The notes: generated from the sequence alone by a model not told the origin. Positions 12,128-26,636 are shown, counted from the first letter of the stretch. The stretch is DNA of 64,000 nucleotides from Octopus sinensis (GCF_006345805.1 NC_043003.1:4154001-4218000), one strand, 5' to 3'. Program-made: numbers and translations.

Positions 12128-13075
12128 GGCGCAGGCGTGGCTGTGTGGTAAGAAGCTTGCTTACCAACTACATAGTTAAAGGTTCAGTTCCACCTTGGTC
12201 AAGTGATTTCTACTATAGCCTCGGCCCGACCAAGGCCTTGTGAGTGAATTTGGTTGACAGAAACTAAAAGAAATTCATCATATATGTGTGTGTGTGTGTG
12301 TGTGTGTGTCTGTTATTGTGTTTGTCCCCACCCCCGGTTGACAACCGGTGCTTGTGTATTTACGTCCCCATTACCTAGCGGTTTGGCAAGGGAGTTCGAT
12401 AGAATAAGTATCAAGCTTTAAAAAAATTGCTCTGGGCTCGATTCATTCGACTAAAGATTCTTCAAAGCAGTGCCCCAGCACGAGGTAAAAGGGCCAGAGC
12501 AGCGGAGGGTGGGACTGGAGTTTATTTAAAGATGAAACCAGCCTTTGAACTTCCAGTTTTTCTTTCAACAGGAAGTATTTTTGTGGTGATTATTCTCGTT
12601 GTCGGACTTGAAAGGTGGATCCTTATGTGTGGCTAATAAACTAGGTTCTTAGTAGATGCGCTGGGTCACATGATGAATCTGATCTTTTAACTTGTTTCAT
12701 TTATCTGACTGCGGCCATGCTGGGGCACTGCCTTGAAGGATTTTAGCCGAACAAATCAGCCCTAGCACTTTTCAAACCTGGGACTGACTTTATCAGTATC
12801 TTTTGCTGAACCACTAAGTTATAGAGGCGTAAAAAACCAACACTAGTTGGCAGATGGCTGGAGGCACAAACTCAGGCACAAAAGTAGGAACAAACATACA
12901 CAAGCACACCTATATGCAGGGCAAGCTTCCCGATAGTTTCCGTCTACAAAATTCTCTCACAAGTCATTGGTCAGCCTGGGAATTTAGTAGAAGACACCGA
13001 AAATGCCGCGCTGTGGAACTGAACCCGAAACCCCATGGTTGCAAAACGAACTTCTTAATCATACAGCCATACCTT
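12128..13075. mobile_element. Two diverged SINE family A copies (12128-12480 +, 12685-13075 -)
   Basis: Head, body and tail motifs recognisable in both. Confidence 0.8.
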
Positions 13076-13137
13076 TGCTGAAGAACATATCCATTAATCA
13101 CCGTTGGGCGAGATTATGAATATGTAAATTATGAAGT

Positions 13138-13397
13138 GAAGGCGCGTGGTCAAGTGGTTAGGCTGTTGCTCTCACGATCGCTAGATCGTGGGTTCGATTC
13201 CCGAGTGGGTGGCGCGTTGTGTTCTTGAGCAAAACACCTCGTTTCGTGTTGCTTCAGTCCCCATTTTCGATTAGGGAGGGAATGTTGGCCTGCATGCCAA
13301 GCCAGCGGGGTGGAGTCATTTGAAGGCTAAAACAATGCAAAGCGTATTTTGACTAGCGATGTGCAACAACATCCGATAACCTGGTCAGTCACGTGAT
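13138..13397 (+). mobile_element. SINE family C (body II, tail gamma)
   Basis: tRNA-like head (TGGTCAAGTGG; GGGTTCGATTCC) and body GTGTTCTTGAGCAAAACAC. The tail is shared with 53258-53385. Confidence 0.8.
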
Positions 13398-13499
13398 AAA
13401 TTACGAGAGAGTTACTGATGTGCATGGGGTGCAACTTGTCTGAGATGAACTTTTACCATTAAAGGATTTAAGCAGCGAGTCATTTTCTGAGTCAACGGA

Positions 13500-13960
13500 C
13501 AGGAATTGATCAAATGCAAAAGTTTGTTTATGAGGGCAATTAGAGATAGCTTTGGAAATTCTGTACTTGAATGCCGAGTGTTGCTTCAGGATATACACTT
13601 TCTCTGACAAACAGATCCTGTAAGTATGTAATCCGCTCGTGTATGGAAGAGCTCTATCGGCAATGTTTCAGATTATGGAGGGGGAGTCATGTCTTTTGTG
13701 TCTAAATTTCCAAATGAAATCGAACAGGGCAATGGAGTTTAAACTGTCACTGATCTTACAAGGGTGCAAATGTGGTCATACCAGTCTTTGAAACTCAGCA
13801 TTATTCTTCTGGCTACCATATGTCAGCGTAAGCTGTTTCCTCAGCACCCTTGTTGCACCATCACAATCATTCAACTACGGTGGTAGTTGAAGAATATTCT
13901 TAAGGCCGCAATTTACTCAATTCTTAACCAAATTGAAAACTTAGCATATTTGAAGAGGAC
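13500..13960 (-). pseudogene. Penelope-like element GIY-YIG endonuclease remnant
   Basis: Minus strand NSIALFDFIWKFRHK..SII*NIADRALPYTSG..RICLSEKVYIL..AISNCPHKQTF parallels the PLE motif series ST.LS.YIW.LK / I.W.I..RA.PY / C.LCL.EK..IL / SKCRH..KF. Confidence 0.7.
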
Positions 13961-14751
13961 TGGCTCCTAGCTGCATTTTGGCATAAAAAAATTGAGACTT
14001 GGTCCAGTAGAAAGAAGTTTACATCAAATTTTGTAGCAACGTTATAGGAGAGTAAGTAACTCCACCGATCAAGTTTAGATCTAAATAGCTTTTTTATATT
14101 AAAAGCAAAATATATTTATTTTAGATTCAAGGATAGAAGAAATCATGAAGAATTTCAGTTTTGGTCCCATGCAACAAAAATTTGTATCAAAAAAGTTGTG
14201 AGGTAAAATATCATGAAAAAATATATAAGTAAGGCAAAAAACTGGATTTAAGCATAATTGACTTTTTTTAAATTTAAAAACAAACTACATTTTGATTAAG
14301 CTTAAATGATAAAACTCAATTCGAGGAATTTCATGGTATCAATCTCATGCAATGAAGTTTTAAAAGAAAAAAATTATGAGTGTTTGTTCCTCAAATTTGA
14401 GGGGGGATAATATAGTTCTATACTTTTTAATGAATTTAGTTCTATAAATGGACTTTTAATATATGTCACTGCCATCGGTGAGGTAAGGAAAAAATTATCA
14501 ACGATACCGCTTAATTGACACATTATTAATAAGCAATAATAGCATAACCTGGAAAAAAACATAGATTGCATGAAAAAAATGCGAGCAAAAGAAATAATAT
14601 TTTTAAGATTATAAACCTGGAAAATTACAGAACAAGTTATTACACTTGGAAAAGTTCAGAACAAGAAAATTTTGTACTTAAAATATTGTAGCAAAGGATT
14701 AAATTTGAATATTAAAAATCATTTGATTTTAATTTACAAAGTAACATTATA

Positions 14752-14968
14752 TATTTCTTTATTGCCCACAAGGGGACAAACAAGGACAGACAAACGGATT
14801 AAGTCGATTACATCGACCTCAGTGCGTAACTGGTACTTATTTAATCGACCCCGAAAAGATGAAAGGCAAAGTCGACCTCGGCGGAATTTGAACTCAGAAC
14901 GTAGCGACAGACGAAATACTGCTAAGCATTTCGCCCGGCGTGCTAACGTTTCTGCCAGCTCGCCGCCG
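14752..14968 (-). mobile_element. SINE family B
   Basis: Reverse complement of the head and body at 2760. Confidence 0.85.
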
Positions 14969-15029
14969 GAGGAAATACCGTTAAGCCTTTCCTATGGCGT
15001 GCTTACAATTCTACCAGTTCCCTGCACTT

Positions 15030-15071
15030 AATAACAATAATAATAACAATAATAATAATAATAATAATAAC

Positions 15072-15109
<38 letters not shown>

Positions 15110-15217
15110 TAATAATAATAATGATAATGATAATAATAATGATAATAATGATAATAATAATGATAATAATAATGATAATGATAATAATAATGATAATGAT
15201 AATAATAATGATAATGC
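15030..15217. repeat. (AAT)n/(GAT)n microsatellite
   Basis: Directly visible. Confidence 0.95.
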
Positions 15218-15712
15218 TGATGCTAGCGTAAGCAAATTTTTAACCCGGAAGACAACCTGAAGTAATTAGTTAATTAGTTGATCTTGCTGAGAAAAATATC
15301 GGTCATGTTTGCTGAGTTATTTCAGGAGTGCCCTGATGAGGTATGTCTATGCTGCTGTATGTGGGTACAGTTGTTGTGTGATTATTAACACACACACATA
15401 TAGACAGACACACACACATACACACACAGAGAGCAGTGTGACACCTACGTACTGCTAACGGTATAACGTGGTTACCGAGGTATTTTTTTTTACCGAAAAT
15501 GCTCAAAAATATCTGGAGAAATTCTGAAATGTCTGAGGACGCTACATATGTCTATAGAAAATAAAAAAAGAAATGAAGGAGACACTCAATTTCTGATATT
15601 CAATGTAGAGGAAATCTTAGTTGTCTTGCCCCTTGTGTGATCTTGCCAAGCTTTCCACGACCCACACTTATGTTTCGAGAATCGTCTCCCCTTCAGACAG
15701 AATTTTCATTTT

Positions 15713-15980
15713 GTTCTGGTCGAGTAGCCCATCCCGCTCGGAAGGTCCCTGAATAAGGGTTGTTTAAGGAGGTTGAACGAAGCACCCATGTTTCCAGAGA
15801 TGAATTATTCAAACCCCAAAGAATCCCTCTCAACCAATGGCTATGATGCTCCCCCACTACTTCTGCTCGTGATCAGAGATGCACATATCGTCAGCCACTG
15901 AGGGACATGCTCAACTGGTTAAGGTCAAACAACTGACCAGCAAATCTGTGGTATTGAGCAGAATATTTGCTGTAGCCCAT
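15713..15980 (-). mobile_element. Interspersed repeat (probable non-LTR retroposon 3' part); second, longer copy at 35959-36410
   Basis: Highly similar to 36150-36410. The longer copy ends in a (TAA)n tail on the minus strand. Confidence 0.7.
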
Positions 15981-16059
15981 AATATACCTGATAACACTTC
16001 CAATCAGTTAAGATCAAAAGATATGAGAGCCACTGCGTTTATTATTATTATTGTTGTTA

Positions 16060-16445
16060 CACTTTTATTTGTTTCAGTCATTTGACAGCGGCCATGTTGG
16101 AGCACCGCCTTTAGTCGAGCAAATCGACCCCAGGACTTATTCTTTGTAAGCCTAGTACTTATTCTATCGGTCTCTTTGGCCGAATCGCTAATTTACACAC
16201 CAGCATCGGTTGTCAAGCGATGATGGGTGAACACAGACACACAAACATATACACACACATACATATATCTATACATATATACGACAGGCTTCTTTCAGTT
16301 TCTGCTTACCAAATACACTCACAAGGCTTTGGTCGGCCCGTAGCTATAGTAGAAAACGCTTGCCCAAGGTGCCACGCAGTGTGACTGAACCCGGAACCAT
16401 GTGGTTAGTAAGCAAGCTACTTACCACACAGCCACTTCTGCGCCT
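16060..16445 (-). mobile_element. SINE family A
   Basis: Full match on the minus strand. Confidence 0.9.
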
Positions 16446-16470
16446 ATATTATTAATATTATTATTATTTA

Positions 16471-16885
16471 AGGCGGCGAGCTTGGCGAAATGGTTAGTGG
16501 CATTTCGCCCATTTTTACGTTCTGAGTTCAAATTCCGCTGAGATCGACTTTGCCTTTCATCCTTTCAGGGTCGATAAATTAAGTACCAGTTGCGTACTGG
16601 TGTCAGTTTAATCGATTAGTCCCCCCCCCACAAATTTCGAGCCTTGTGCCTAGAGTAGAAAAAGATCATTATAATTATAAAGGCGGCAAGCTGGCAGAAG
16701 CGTTAGCACGCTGGACGAAATGCTTAGCGGCATTTCGCCCGTCACTAGGGTTCTGAGTTCAAACTCCGCCGAGGTCGCCATTGCCTTTCATGCTTTTTGG
16801 CTCGATTAAATAAGTACCAGTTACCAACTGGGGGTCGACTAGCCCCATGCCCCAAATTTCAGGCTTTGTGCCTATAGTAGAAAGG

Positions 16886-16918
<33 letters not shown>
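16471..16918 (+). mobile_element. Two head-to-tail SINE family B copies in (TTA)n
   Basis: Heads at 16471 and 16681, each ending GCC..GTAGAAA.GAT followed by (TAT)n. Confidence 0.85.
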
Positions 16919-16920
<2 letters not shown>

Positions 16921-17769
16921 ACATCATCGTGTCTATCAATACTGTGCTACAAAAAAGAGTTTTGTTGTTGGTTTCAATTTTGGCTTTCATTTAACTCTGA
17001 TCTCTGCTTATCATTGAGCATGGACAATAGAAATTACTATATTTCACAATTTCTAGCATTAAAAATTGAAAATAAGTGAAACTTTTTAGAATTAAGAATT
17101 GAAAATGAGGTCACAAACGATTCGTTGGTCAGTATAAGTGTACACAAATACCGTCTTCTTTTCATATATGTTGTGTGCGTGTGCCTGTGAGAGAGAGAGA
17201 GAGAGCGAGAGGAAGAGAGAAAAGAAGAGAGGAAGAGAGAGAGAGAGGGGGAAAGAGAGAGGAAGAGAGAGAGAGAGGGGGAAAGAGAGAGAAAGAGAGA
17301 GAGAGATCTGAATTTTAATATGTGCTGTAAGAAATAGATCTCTTGTACATCATATTCGTGCGGCGACATTCCTAAAATGTCTTTGTGCGAAACTAAAGCC
17401 GTCACTAGCAAGCGAGTGTGACTTTCTCACATGCCATGCTTTCGTCTATTGGTTTATGTAGTCACGAGTAGAGATCGACATTATCTCGGACCCTTCTCTC
17501 TTGACACAGCAAAACGTTGAGCATATGAAGTCTGGAAGAAGAAGAAGAAGAAGAAGAAGAAGAAGAAGAAGAAGAAGAAAAGGCTGGGGCCATCTTAGGC
17601 CGAGACTCATTTTCAGTCGAGTAGTCTGGAGGGCCTTGATCAAAGTGACGAAGCGCAGCCGAGTCGGGGAATCGAACCCACGATCTTGTGATTGTGAGTT
17701 CAACATTGTAACCACACATGCACACAGTCCTACTCACACATAAGACACACACACACACGAGTATATAAA

Positions 17770-18320
17770 TGGCACTCCGTCGGTTACGACGACGAGCGTT
17801 CCAGTTGATCCGATCAACAGAACAGCCTGCTTGTGAAATAAGTGTGCAAGTAGCTGAGACATGCGTGCCTTCAACATAGTTCACATAAGTCCAGTCCCTT
17901 TGAAATACAGGTACTTCTCACTTTTGACAGCTGAGTGGACTGGAGCAAAGTGAAATAAAGTGTCTTGCTCAAGGAGACAACGCGTCGCCGGGAATTGAAC
18001 TCAGGACCTTACGATCATAAGCTGGATACCAAAACCACTAAGCTACAACTGGTACTCTGTCAGTTACAATGACAGGTGTTCTAGTCAATCTGATTGATGG
18101 AACAGCTTGCTCGTGAAATTAACATGCACATGGTTGAGTATTCCGCAGACATGTGTAACCTTAACGTAGTTCTCAGGGAGATTCATTATGACACAGAATG
18201 TGACAAGGCTGACCCTTGTGAATTACAGGCACGACTCGTGTTTGAATGGATTGGAGCAATGTGAAAAGAAGTGTCTTGCTTAAGGACAACACGCGACCTA
18301 GTATCGAACTTACGGCCTTA
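17770..18320 (-). mobile_element. Two SINE family C copies (body II, tail beta)
   Basis: Plus strand shows CTCCGTCGGTTACGACGAC..GGAACAGCCTGC (tail) and GTGTCTTGCTCAAGG (body), twice. Confidence 0.75.
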
Positions 18321-19684
18321 CGAACGCACAAATGCACCTCTACGTACTTAAAGACACACACACGTGTGTGTGTGTGTGTGAACTTGAGGAGTGGTGAAGT
18401 AAAAAGCAAATAATTGTAAAAAATGCCAGCAGTAAAGAATTTTTTGAAGCTGAAAACGAGGCTGGGCTGAAACGAAATAAATTAAATATGGCGAAGGTGT
18501 GTTTGATAGACACAGCTGGGTACAGCAGTATGTAAACAGGGGTGTTAGGTAAATATTCATATGGTGAGGATGTTTGTAGGGTTAGGGTGTGTGTAGAAGA
18601 TCGTTGTGGGTGAGAGAGTGTGTGTGAAAGGGAGAGAGAGAATATGTGTTTGTATGAATAAGTGTATGCGTGTACCCATCAATCTGTGTATGTGTGTCAA
18701 TAAAGTCTTCTCTAGTTGACTCTCGAAGAGTTTTTCGCGAAATTACGTTTTCCTGAGGAGCAGCCAATCCAGATGTCTTCGCTGTTTATATTATTTTGTT
18801 TAATTTAATCCTTACGCATGAACAATGGCGTCGTTAGTTATCACAAATTGCTAACTGGGCAACAATCATTTTCTCATTGGATTTATAATGCCGAGAGTTA
18901 CAAGGGATCGTCCGTGAATGAAGGAATGTAAGGGTGAGCAACAGCGGTTTTTCATCGATGTTTTGATGAGAAACCGATATGTGGAAGGTGTTATAAACAT
19001 GCGTACACATATACACAGACACGTACATGCACATCACAAACAATATAAATTGGGTTAAGAAATCCTTTGGATCAAAAAATTCGAAGGCTTTTCTGTGGGA
19101 CTGAAACCCATATCTTCTACAAACCTAGTATTTGTGCGCTATTATTTATAGCTTTACCTATTCGTATTCCACCATTAAAAAAAAAACAATTATTTCACGT
19201 TCTCTCGAATTTTCTAAATTCTTACGGCGTAAACATAAAATTGACAGTGATTGCGAAGTGTCGCGAGTCAGTGGCTTATTAACATAACGAATGGTAAATT
19301 ACTGCAACAGAAGCATCATATTATTCAATAATGAAGGGTGTAAATTAGGTCAAAGGGGATCGGGGTGAAACAAGGAAGATAATTATGCCATAATGACTGT
19401 TATCTTCATTAATTTGTAACCTCTCCCGTCCCAATTAAATACTTCTTCCTCTCTTCTGTTAATTAGAATTACACTAAATGGAAAAAAAATGGGTGGGGCG
19501 AGGAATTGTACAATTTTACGCAGATAGCATAATACACAACACTGCTTGCGGCTGAAACATTCTGCTGTTCGAAGTTTCGCCATTTGAGAGTGTGGCTTAT
19601 TCGAAGTCCCAGTCAAAAAATTATAAATACCACACTGAGGTTTCTGGTTATGATGAAACTGCTACTCATTGAATATACCTCTTT

Positions 19685-20065
19685 GCACTCCGTCGGTTAC
19701 GACGATGAGAGTTCCAGTTGATCCGAATCAACGGAACAGCCTGCTCGTGAAATTAACGTGTAAGTGGCTGAGCACTCCACAGACACGTGTACCCTGAACG
19801 TAGTTCTCGGGGATATTCAGCGTGACACAGAGAGTGACAAGGCCGGCCCCTTGAAATACAGGTACAACAGAAACAGGAAGTAAAAGTGAGAGAAAGTTGT
19901 GGTGAAAGAGTACAGCAGGGATCACCACCATCCCTGCCGGAGCCTCGTGGAGCTTTTTAGGTGTCTTCGCTCAATAAACACTCACAACGCCCGGTCCGGG
20001 AATCGAAACCGCGATCCTATGAGCGCGAGTCCGCTGCCCTAACCACTGGGACATTGCGCCTCCAC

Positions 20066-20066
<1 letters not shown>
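19685..20066 (-). mobile_element. SINE family C (body I, tail beta)
   Basis: Head TGGAGGCGCAATG.CCCAGTGGTTAGGGCAGCGGACTCGC, body AAGCTCCACGAGGCTCCGGCAGGG, tail shared with 17770 and 30315. Confidence 0.85.
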
Positions 20067-20106
<40 letters not shown>

Positions 20107-20111
20107 TATAT

Positions 20112-20149
<38 letters not shown>

Positions 20150-21649
20150 TTTACTTTGTTGCTAGGGCATCACCTTCAAGAATTTTAGTCGAAAGAATCG
20201 ACTCCAGTACATTTTTCTATCTTAAGCCTGGTACCTATTCTATCGATGACTTTGGTAGAACCGCTAAGTTACGAGAACGTAAACACACCAAAACTGGTTG
20301 TCAAGCGATGGTGGGAGACAAACACAGACAGGCAGACATACAGACGCACACACACACCATTGACAGGCTTATTTCAGTTTCCATCTATCAGATCCACTTA
20401 CAAGGCTTTGATCCACCTGAGGTTATAGAAGACACTTGCCCACCCTGGAGAAATGTTTATGTAAAAAAAAAATGAGAAAAAATTCATCGCCATAAAAATG
20501 GCACAACATAGAATGGAAGGCATTCCACTGGCTAAGGTTTCCTAGGCGTCTGACAGTTTAAAGTGCACGACAATAAACCAAATCTTCTGTAATTCCCGAG
20601 CCGTAGTAGTTAACGGTGTGACACGTATGAGAAGCGTAAACGAATGTTGTGGGGAAGAATTTGAAGACGGTGACGGAGAGGAAGGACGAACGGGGGAGGG
20701 ATTGGGGAAGTGGATGCTAAACCTATATCAAAGGATCGTGGTTCCTATAAATGCCAAAATGACTTTTAAATCACCCTTGATATGTGTTTAATTCGGTTAG
20801 CCGGAACCAAATTGGTTCAAGCAAGTTTTCTCCAGACTTAAGAAAATTCTGAATCCTCAGTCAATTACGCTGAACATGGAGTTGGACTCTACTGCTAACT
20901 TCCTGTCCTTGTTGAGGTAGTATTTCCGCAAATCAACACAGATTTAAGCTCTTCTGTATGAACAATGCCTGAATAATATAATCTCATTGAAATATTTCAC
21001 CAGAAATAAGGCCACAGCAATAGTCACACTTGATCCGCACCATCAAAAGGCAATTACACTAACACTGTCTCCTGTTCACTTAACGGCCAGTCCTTGACAA
21101 AGGAGGCCCTGGATGTCAAGTGGATAGGGCCTGGTGTTGGTGCTTGTGTGCAGAGCAAAGATAAAAATTGCAAAGAGGAGAAAAACTACTGAGAGCAGTT
21201 AGGGAGGATTAACGGAAAATAGATTTTAAACAACACATCCCCCCACCACCATCGCCGATGTTGGTGTGTTTACGTTCCCGTAACTTAATGGTTCGGCAAA
21301 AGTCACCAATAGAATAAGTACTAAGCTTACAAAAGAACTGTTCCAGGGGTTGATTTGTTTGACTAAAAGGCGGTGTTCCAGCATGGCCGCAGTCAAATGA
21401 CTGAAACGAGTAAAAGAAAGAAATCATTCTTCAAAACCAGTCACAGAATGAATTCCTCATCTCTCTTCCACTAGGTTTCGAAACTGAAGGATAATGGAAT
21501 CACCAAAAACCTATCAGCCGCAGCATCGCCAAAATTGCCAATCCAAAGCCATATAATCTGTGCCTCACAAAGTACAAGGTTTTGCCTCAGCATTTCAACG
21601 TGAGCAAAATACTTGAGATATTGTCTGCCTACAGGCATAAGAACAAATT

Positions 21650-22320
21650 CCTTTCGAGAAAATTCCAGCGGCACACTAAGATGAATAATCCCACCAGCAA
21701 GATTTTGTCTTGTACAGCTCCTCTTTTGTGTAACCCTACAGGTAAAAATCGCATGGAGTGAGATCTGGACTCCTTGGAGTTCTGGACTTCTGCGGTCACA
21801 GTCTTCGGGTTTTAGCTCCTGCTCGTAATGGGGTTTCCACGGACGAAAATTTAATTCTTTATGCAACATCGTACGCATTATGTGTCTTGTTAGTCCACGA
21901 TTTGCTTGACGTGTTGATTTTTGAGGGCTGCGTTTAAAAACTTCTTGTACTGTTGCCACGTTCTCTGCAGATCGGGATGTGGTTGGACGGCCACTTCTTG
22001 CATCTTTCACAAAGCCCGTGGTCATCAGCTTTGCATGTCAAATTTGTATTGTCTCCGGACGTAGTGTTGTATGCTTACCTTTCCCTGCACGCCACCATCT
22101 CTGTACCAAAACAATGGAATTCCACACTTCATAGCGTACTCCTATCTTAGCTCGCTCCTGAACAGCCAAGTGAACGACCATCGGGTAAATAAGACAATAA
22201 GAAAATAAGAAATCTCCATTAGTGTTTTCTGTTTAAAAAATGTTTTCGTCATGACTTCAGTGATACTAAGAATTCTATAAGCAATTTCTAATGCCTAGTT
22301 TACTTTCCACCCACCTTGTA
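21650..22320 (-). mobile_element. Internally deleted Tc1/mariner-superfamily (maT/rosa-like) element
   Basis: RSGRPTTSRSAENVATVQEVFKRSPQKSTR..LHKELNFRPWKP..QELKPEDCDRR is joined to a frameshifted SPDLTPCDFYL. The left end is TA-CAAGGTGGGTGGAAAG. Confidence 0.75.
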
Positions 22321-23153
22321 TGTATATATAATTATGAGTATGTTATATAAATAAATTATGTATATATTATATATGTAATTATGTGTGTATGTATACATAT
22401 GAAATATACACATATAATTATAGATGTTTAGGTATGAATGTGTGTGTGTGTGTGGGGGGGGGGCATCTATGAAAATTTAAAAACTTAAAAAGAAGGACGC
22501 TAATATCCTCTAATTGCCATATAAAATAAATTCTATGTTATACTTTGATATGTGTGCACGGGTGCTTAAGAGCTTTAAAAACAAGCGAGCGTACCCAGCT
22601 ACCTCAGCATATAACCTGGTACTCACGGTACACCCACAAATGCTTACGTATAGTCACCGTCATTGGAGAACAACATTACACAGAAAACATAAGAACCTGA
22701 ACTTCGTCAGTCGTCATTCATCAAATGACGTCATTCGACTATGTGTGTGTGTGTGCGTGCAATGAAAGTGTGTCTCTTTCTGTCTCGGTGATTGTCGTGT
22801 AAATCAAAATGTCTTGATCCAGCAGATCTGTGATAAAAGGAGTGTTCTAGGCGTCATCGGCCACCATGTTTTTTTTACAGCTTATCTGGGAATATATAAA
22901 CTAGTGTCCTTTTTGCTTTAAGATAAAACGGTGTGATTTGAGAGGGATTTTGTTACGTGGCCGTGTAACCATGTGGTGCAGTTGTTCTCAATCGGAGTCC
23001 GTATGATAACGGGAGGCCCACATAATATGTTATTGTGAAAATTTATGTGGAATAAACTGGTTGCACTCTTTTTTTTTGCTTGTTTCAGCTCAGAGCTGCG
23101 GCCATGCTGGTGCACAACCGTTTTGCGCTACACTGTTATACACTTATACAATA

Positions 23154-23535
23154 CTAGCAGTATCGCCCGGCGTTGCTCAGGTTTGTAAGGGAAATAACTG
23201 TAAAGCATTTTTAGAGAGTTATAGCCAAAAAATAGCAAAAAAATGGAAAAAAAATGATGGTAAATTTTTTTGATAGTTAAAAAGGTGGAGTTGCGTCCCC
23301 TAGACGGTCTGTGGTTTGGGTTTCTGATTCTCGACCCCATGTCGAATTTATCGATTTTTTTCAGAACTGGAGGAACTTTTCAAAATTTTCGCTGCGTTAG
23401 TTTTGAACTATGACATTGGGCTATGTGTGTGTCAAGTTTCATCAGAATCGGTTGAAAGCCGTGGTCAGAGTGGGGGTACGAGAAAACAGACACACAGAAA
23501 ACGCACAGACAAACTGCCGTTTATATAGAGAGAGA
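23154..23535 (-). mobile_element. Non-autonomous Helitron (Lep1-like architecture)
   Basis: Minus strand begins A|TC, carries a (GTCT/GTGT) tract near the 5' end, and has a GC-rich 3' hairpin and a CTAG|T terminus. Confidence 0.75.
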
Positions 23536-23764
23536 TATAAAAAAATATATATATAAAAAAAATATATATGCCCACGAGCTTATGGCGTAGTGGTTAAGAG
23601 CGCGGGCTACTAACACCAAGATTCCGAGTAGATTACTGGTAAAGCTACGGTCACTTTCACAATGTTCGTTATGCATATGGCAAATGAAAGAGGGGAGTTG
23701 GAAGATACGAAATTTTTATTAACACGAGAGATTAATATAAATTCTCGTATCTTCATTTACTATT

Positions 23765-23814
<50 letters not shown>

Positions 23815-23949
23815 TAACTTCTACTTATTGCTTATCTCTATAATAACAAATTATAAATATATTTAAAGCCTAGGGTTGATTTGTCGGCTAAAGGTGGTGT
23901 CCAGCATGGCCGCAGTCAGATGACTGAAACAAAATACACACACACCCCC

Positions 23950-24168
23950 TACATATATATATATATACAGATATATACATATATACATATATATATAGAT
24001 ATATATACATATATATTATACATATATACATTATACATATAGTATAGATATATATATAACATATATATATATAACATATACATATATACATATATATATA
24101 TACATATGATATATATACATTATACATATATATATATACATATATATATATACATATATACATATATA

Positions 24169-24211
<43 letters not shown>

Positions 24212-24692
24212 TATAGATACATAATATATATATAACATATATATATATATATATATACATATATATATACATATATATATACATATTATATATATATATA
24301 ACATATATATATTATACATATATATATATATATATACATATATATATACATTATATATATATACATATATATATATACATAGAATATATATAGACATATA
24401 TATATACATCTATATATATACATATAATATATACATATATATATACATATATATATATACATATATATTATACATATATATATATACATATATATAATAC
24501 AATATATATACATATATATATATACATATATATGATTACATATATATAATATATATACATATATACATACATATATATATATAGCTATATATATATATAT
24601 ATACATATAGACATAACATAGATATATATACATATATATATATATATATACATATATACATACATATATATATATACATATATATAGATATC

Positions 24693-24724
<32 letters not shown>

Positions 24725-25145
24725 TATTTATACATATATTACATATATATATATATACATATTATATAATATATATATATATATACAATATATACATATA
24801 TATACATATATATATATATATACTATATATACATATATATATATATACATGATATATACATATATATATATATATAATATATAATATATTATACATATAT
24901 AATATATATAATACATATATATATATATATCTACAATTATATATACATATATATATATATATATAATATATACATATATATATATATATACATATATATA
25001 TTATATATACATATATTATATATATATAATATACTAATATATATAATATATACATATATATAGAATATATATATATATATATTATATATTATATATACAT
25101 ATTAATATATATATTATATACATATTATAATAGATATATAAATAT

Positions 25146-25177
<32 letters not shown>

Positions 25178-25569
25178 CATATATATCTTATAATATATAC
25201 ATATATATATATATATATATAATATATATATATACATATATATATAGATATATATACATATATATATCTATATATATATACATATACATATATATACATC
25301 TATATATATACATATATATATATACATATATATTACATATAACATCTATATACATATATATATATATATATATACATATAATATATATACATAGATACTA
25401 TTATACATATATATATACATATATATATATATATACATATATACATACATTATATATATCTATATACATATACATTATATATACATATATTATATCCATA
25501 TATATACATAATACATAATATACATATATATACATATAATATAATATATACATATATATATATTATACA

Positions 25570-25648
<79 letters not shown>

Positions 25649-25675
25649 ATATTTATATTATATATATATCTATAA
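23950..25675. repeat. ~1.7-kb (TA)n/(TACA)n low-complexity tract
   Basis: Directly visible. Confidence 0.95.
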
Positions 25676-25787
25676 ATTAAATTCGGGGTGAGTACTTGAT
25701 AATATAAGCACCTGTGTATACCGTTTGGTGGTGTAGGTGGTGGAGTAAATTGATCAAAATAAAAAAAAACATGATGCGAAGGATTCA

Positions 25788-25865
25788 GCGGTACATATGT
25801 TTCGGGCCTTTATTAGACAGATTTATAACAATGCATAATGTATGTCTGTGGCCTTCTTCAGCCGC
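25788..25865 (-). ncRNA. Minimal type I hammerhead ribozyme with intact core
   Basis: Minus strand GCGG-CTGAAGA-AGGCC-ACAGA...TCTGT..GGCCC-GAAAC-ATAT-GTA-CCGC. Confidence 0.75.
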
Positions 25866-26028
25866 GCACAACAGCTTCCACAAGGACATGTGTTACATCA
25901 AAAATTCTTGGTTGGGGATGCAAATCCTCTCATTCGCGTACGACATAATGCGGCAGCAGCATAGAATTGAAGCGTCCATCTCTTTCTTCTCTCAATGTAG
26001 AATATATATATATATATATATATATATA

Positions 26029-26247
26029 CGTGGTGGTGCTGAAAAGTTCCTGACATTGAGTAAAAGAAAATAGAGGAGGATCAGTTAATTATGATTTTAT
26101 TCAACATATTCCCCCTTCTCAGTTTCACACACTTATTGCACCAATTCCTCTGTTTTTCTAAGCCCGGTAAAAAAAACTCGGAAGTTTGGTTCTCTAGCCA
26201 GGCCTTTCACGATAGCCTTCAAGCTAGGAACTTTTTAGCACCCCCCT
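26029..26247. mobile_element. Mariner-derived MITE
   Basis: Imperfect TIRs GGTGCTGAAAAGTTCCT / AGGAACTTTTTAGCACC, TA-flanked, in (TA)n. Confidence 0.7.
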
Positions 26248-26636
26248 ATATATATATATATATTGTTATATTTCGGAATGGTCATATTGCACAACACATA
26301 TTTAAACGTATATATATATATATATATATATATGAGTAAACACTTCCATGTGCTACGATGGAGGCGACGGTTGTCTGTTCGGTTCCGCTAGATATATTGG
26401 TTTTGTTTATTTTTTATGTGTTCTGAATATGTTTCACTGATGAACAAAAGGCGTAGATAATACGTTACTTGCGAAATCACAGGTGATCTGGAACTAAATT
26501 CTGTTTCTAAATGTCTTGTTTCGAGAGCTGTATTTCGGTACGATTCGTTTATTTTTGTAGTAATGACTTTGTAAGTCCCTCCTAGCGTGTGGCATTTATG
26601 TGTAATAATGCCCTCTATATAATATATATATATATA

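Noticed and set aside
23577-23633. tRNA-like sequence (also 43985-44050 and the SINE heads)
   Set aside because: No complete cloverleaf; these are SINE head fragments rather than tRNA genes.
23701-23754. 54-nt hairpin GAAGATACGA...TCGTATCTTC
   Set aside because: AT-rich, lacks ribozyme core continuation, and there is no evidence for a miRNA.
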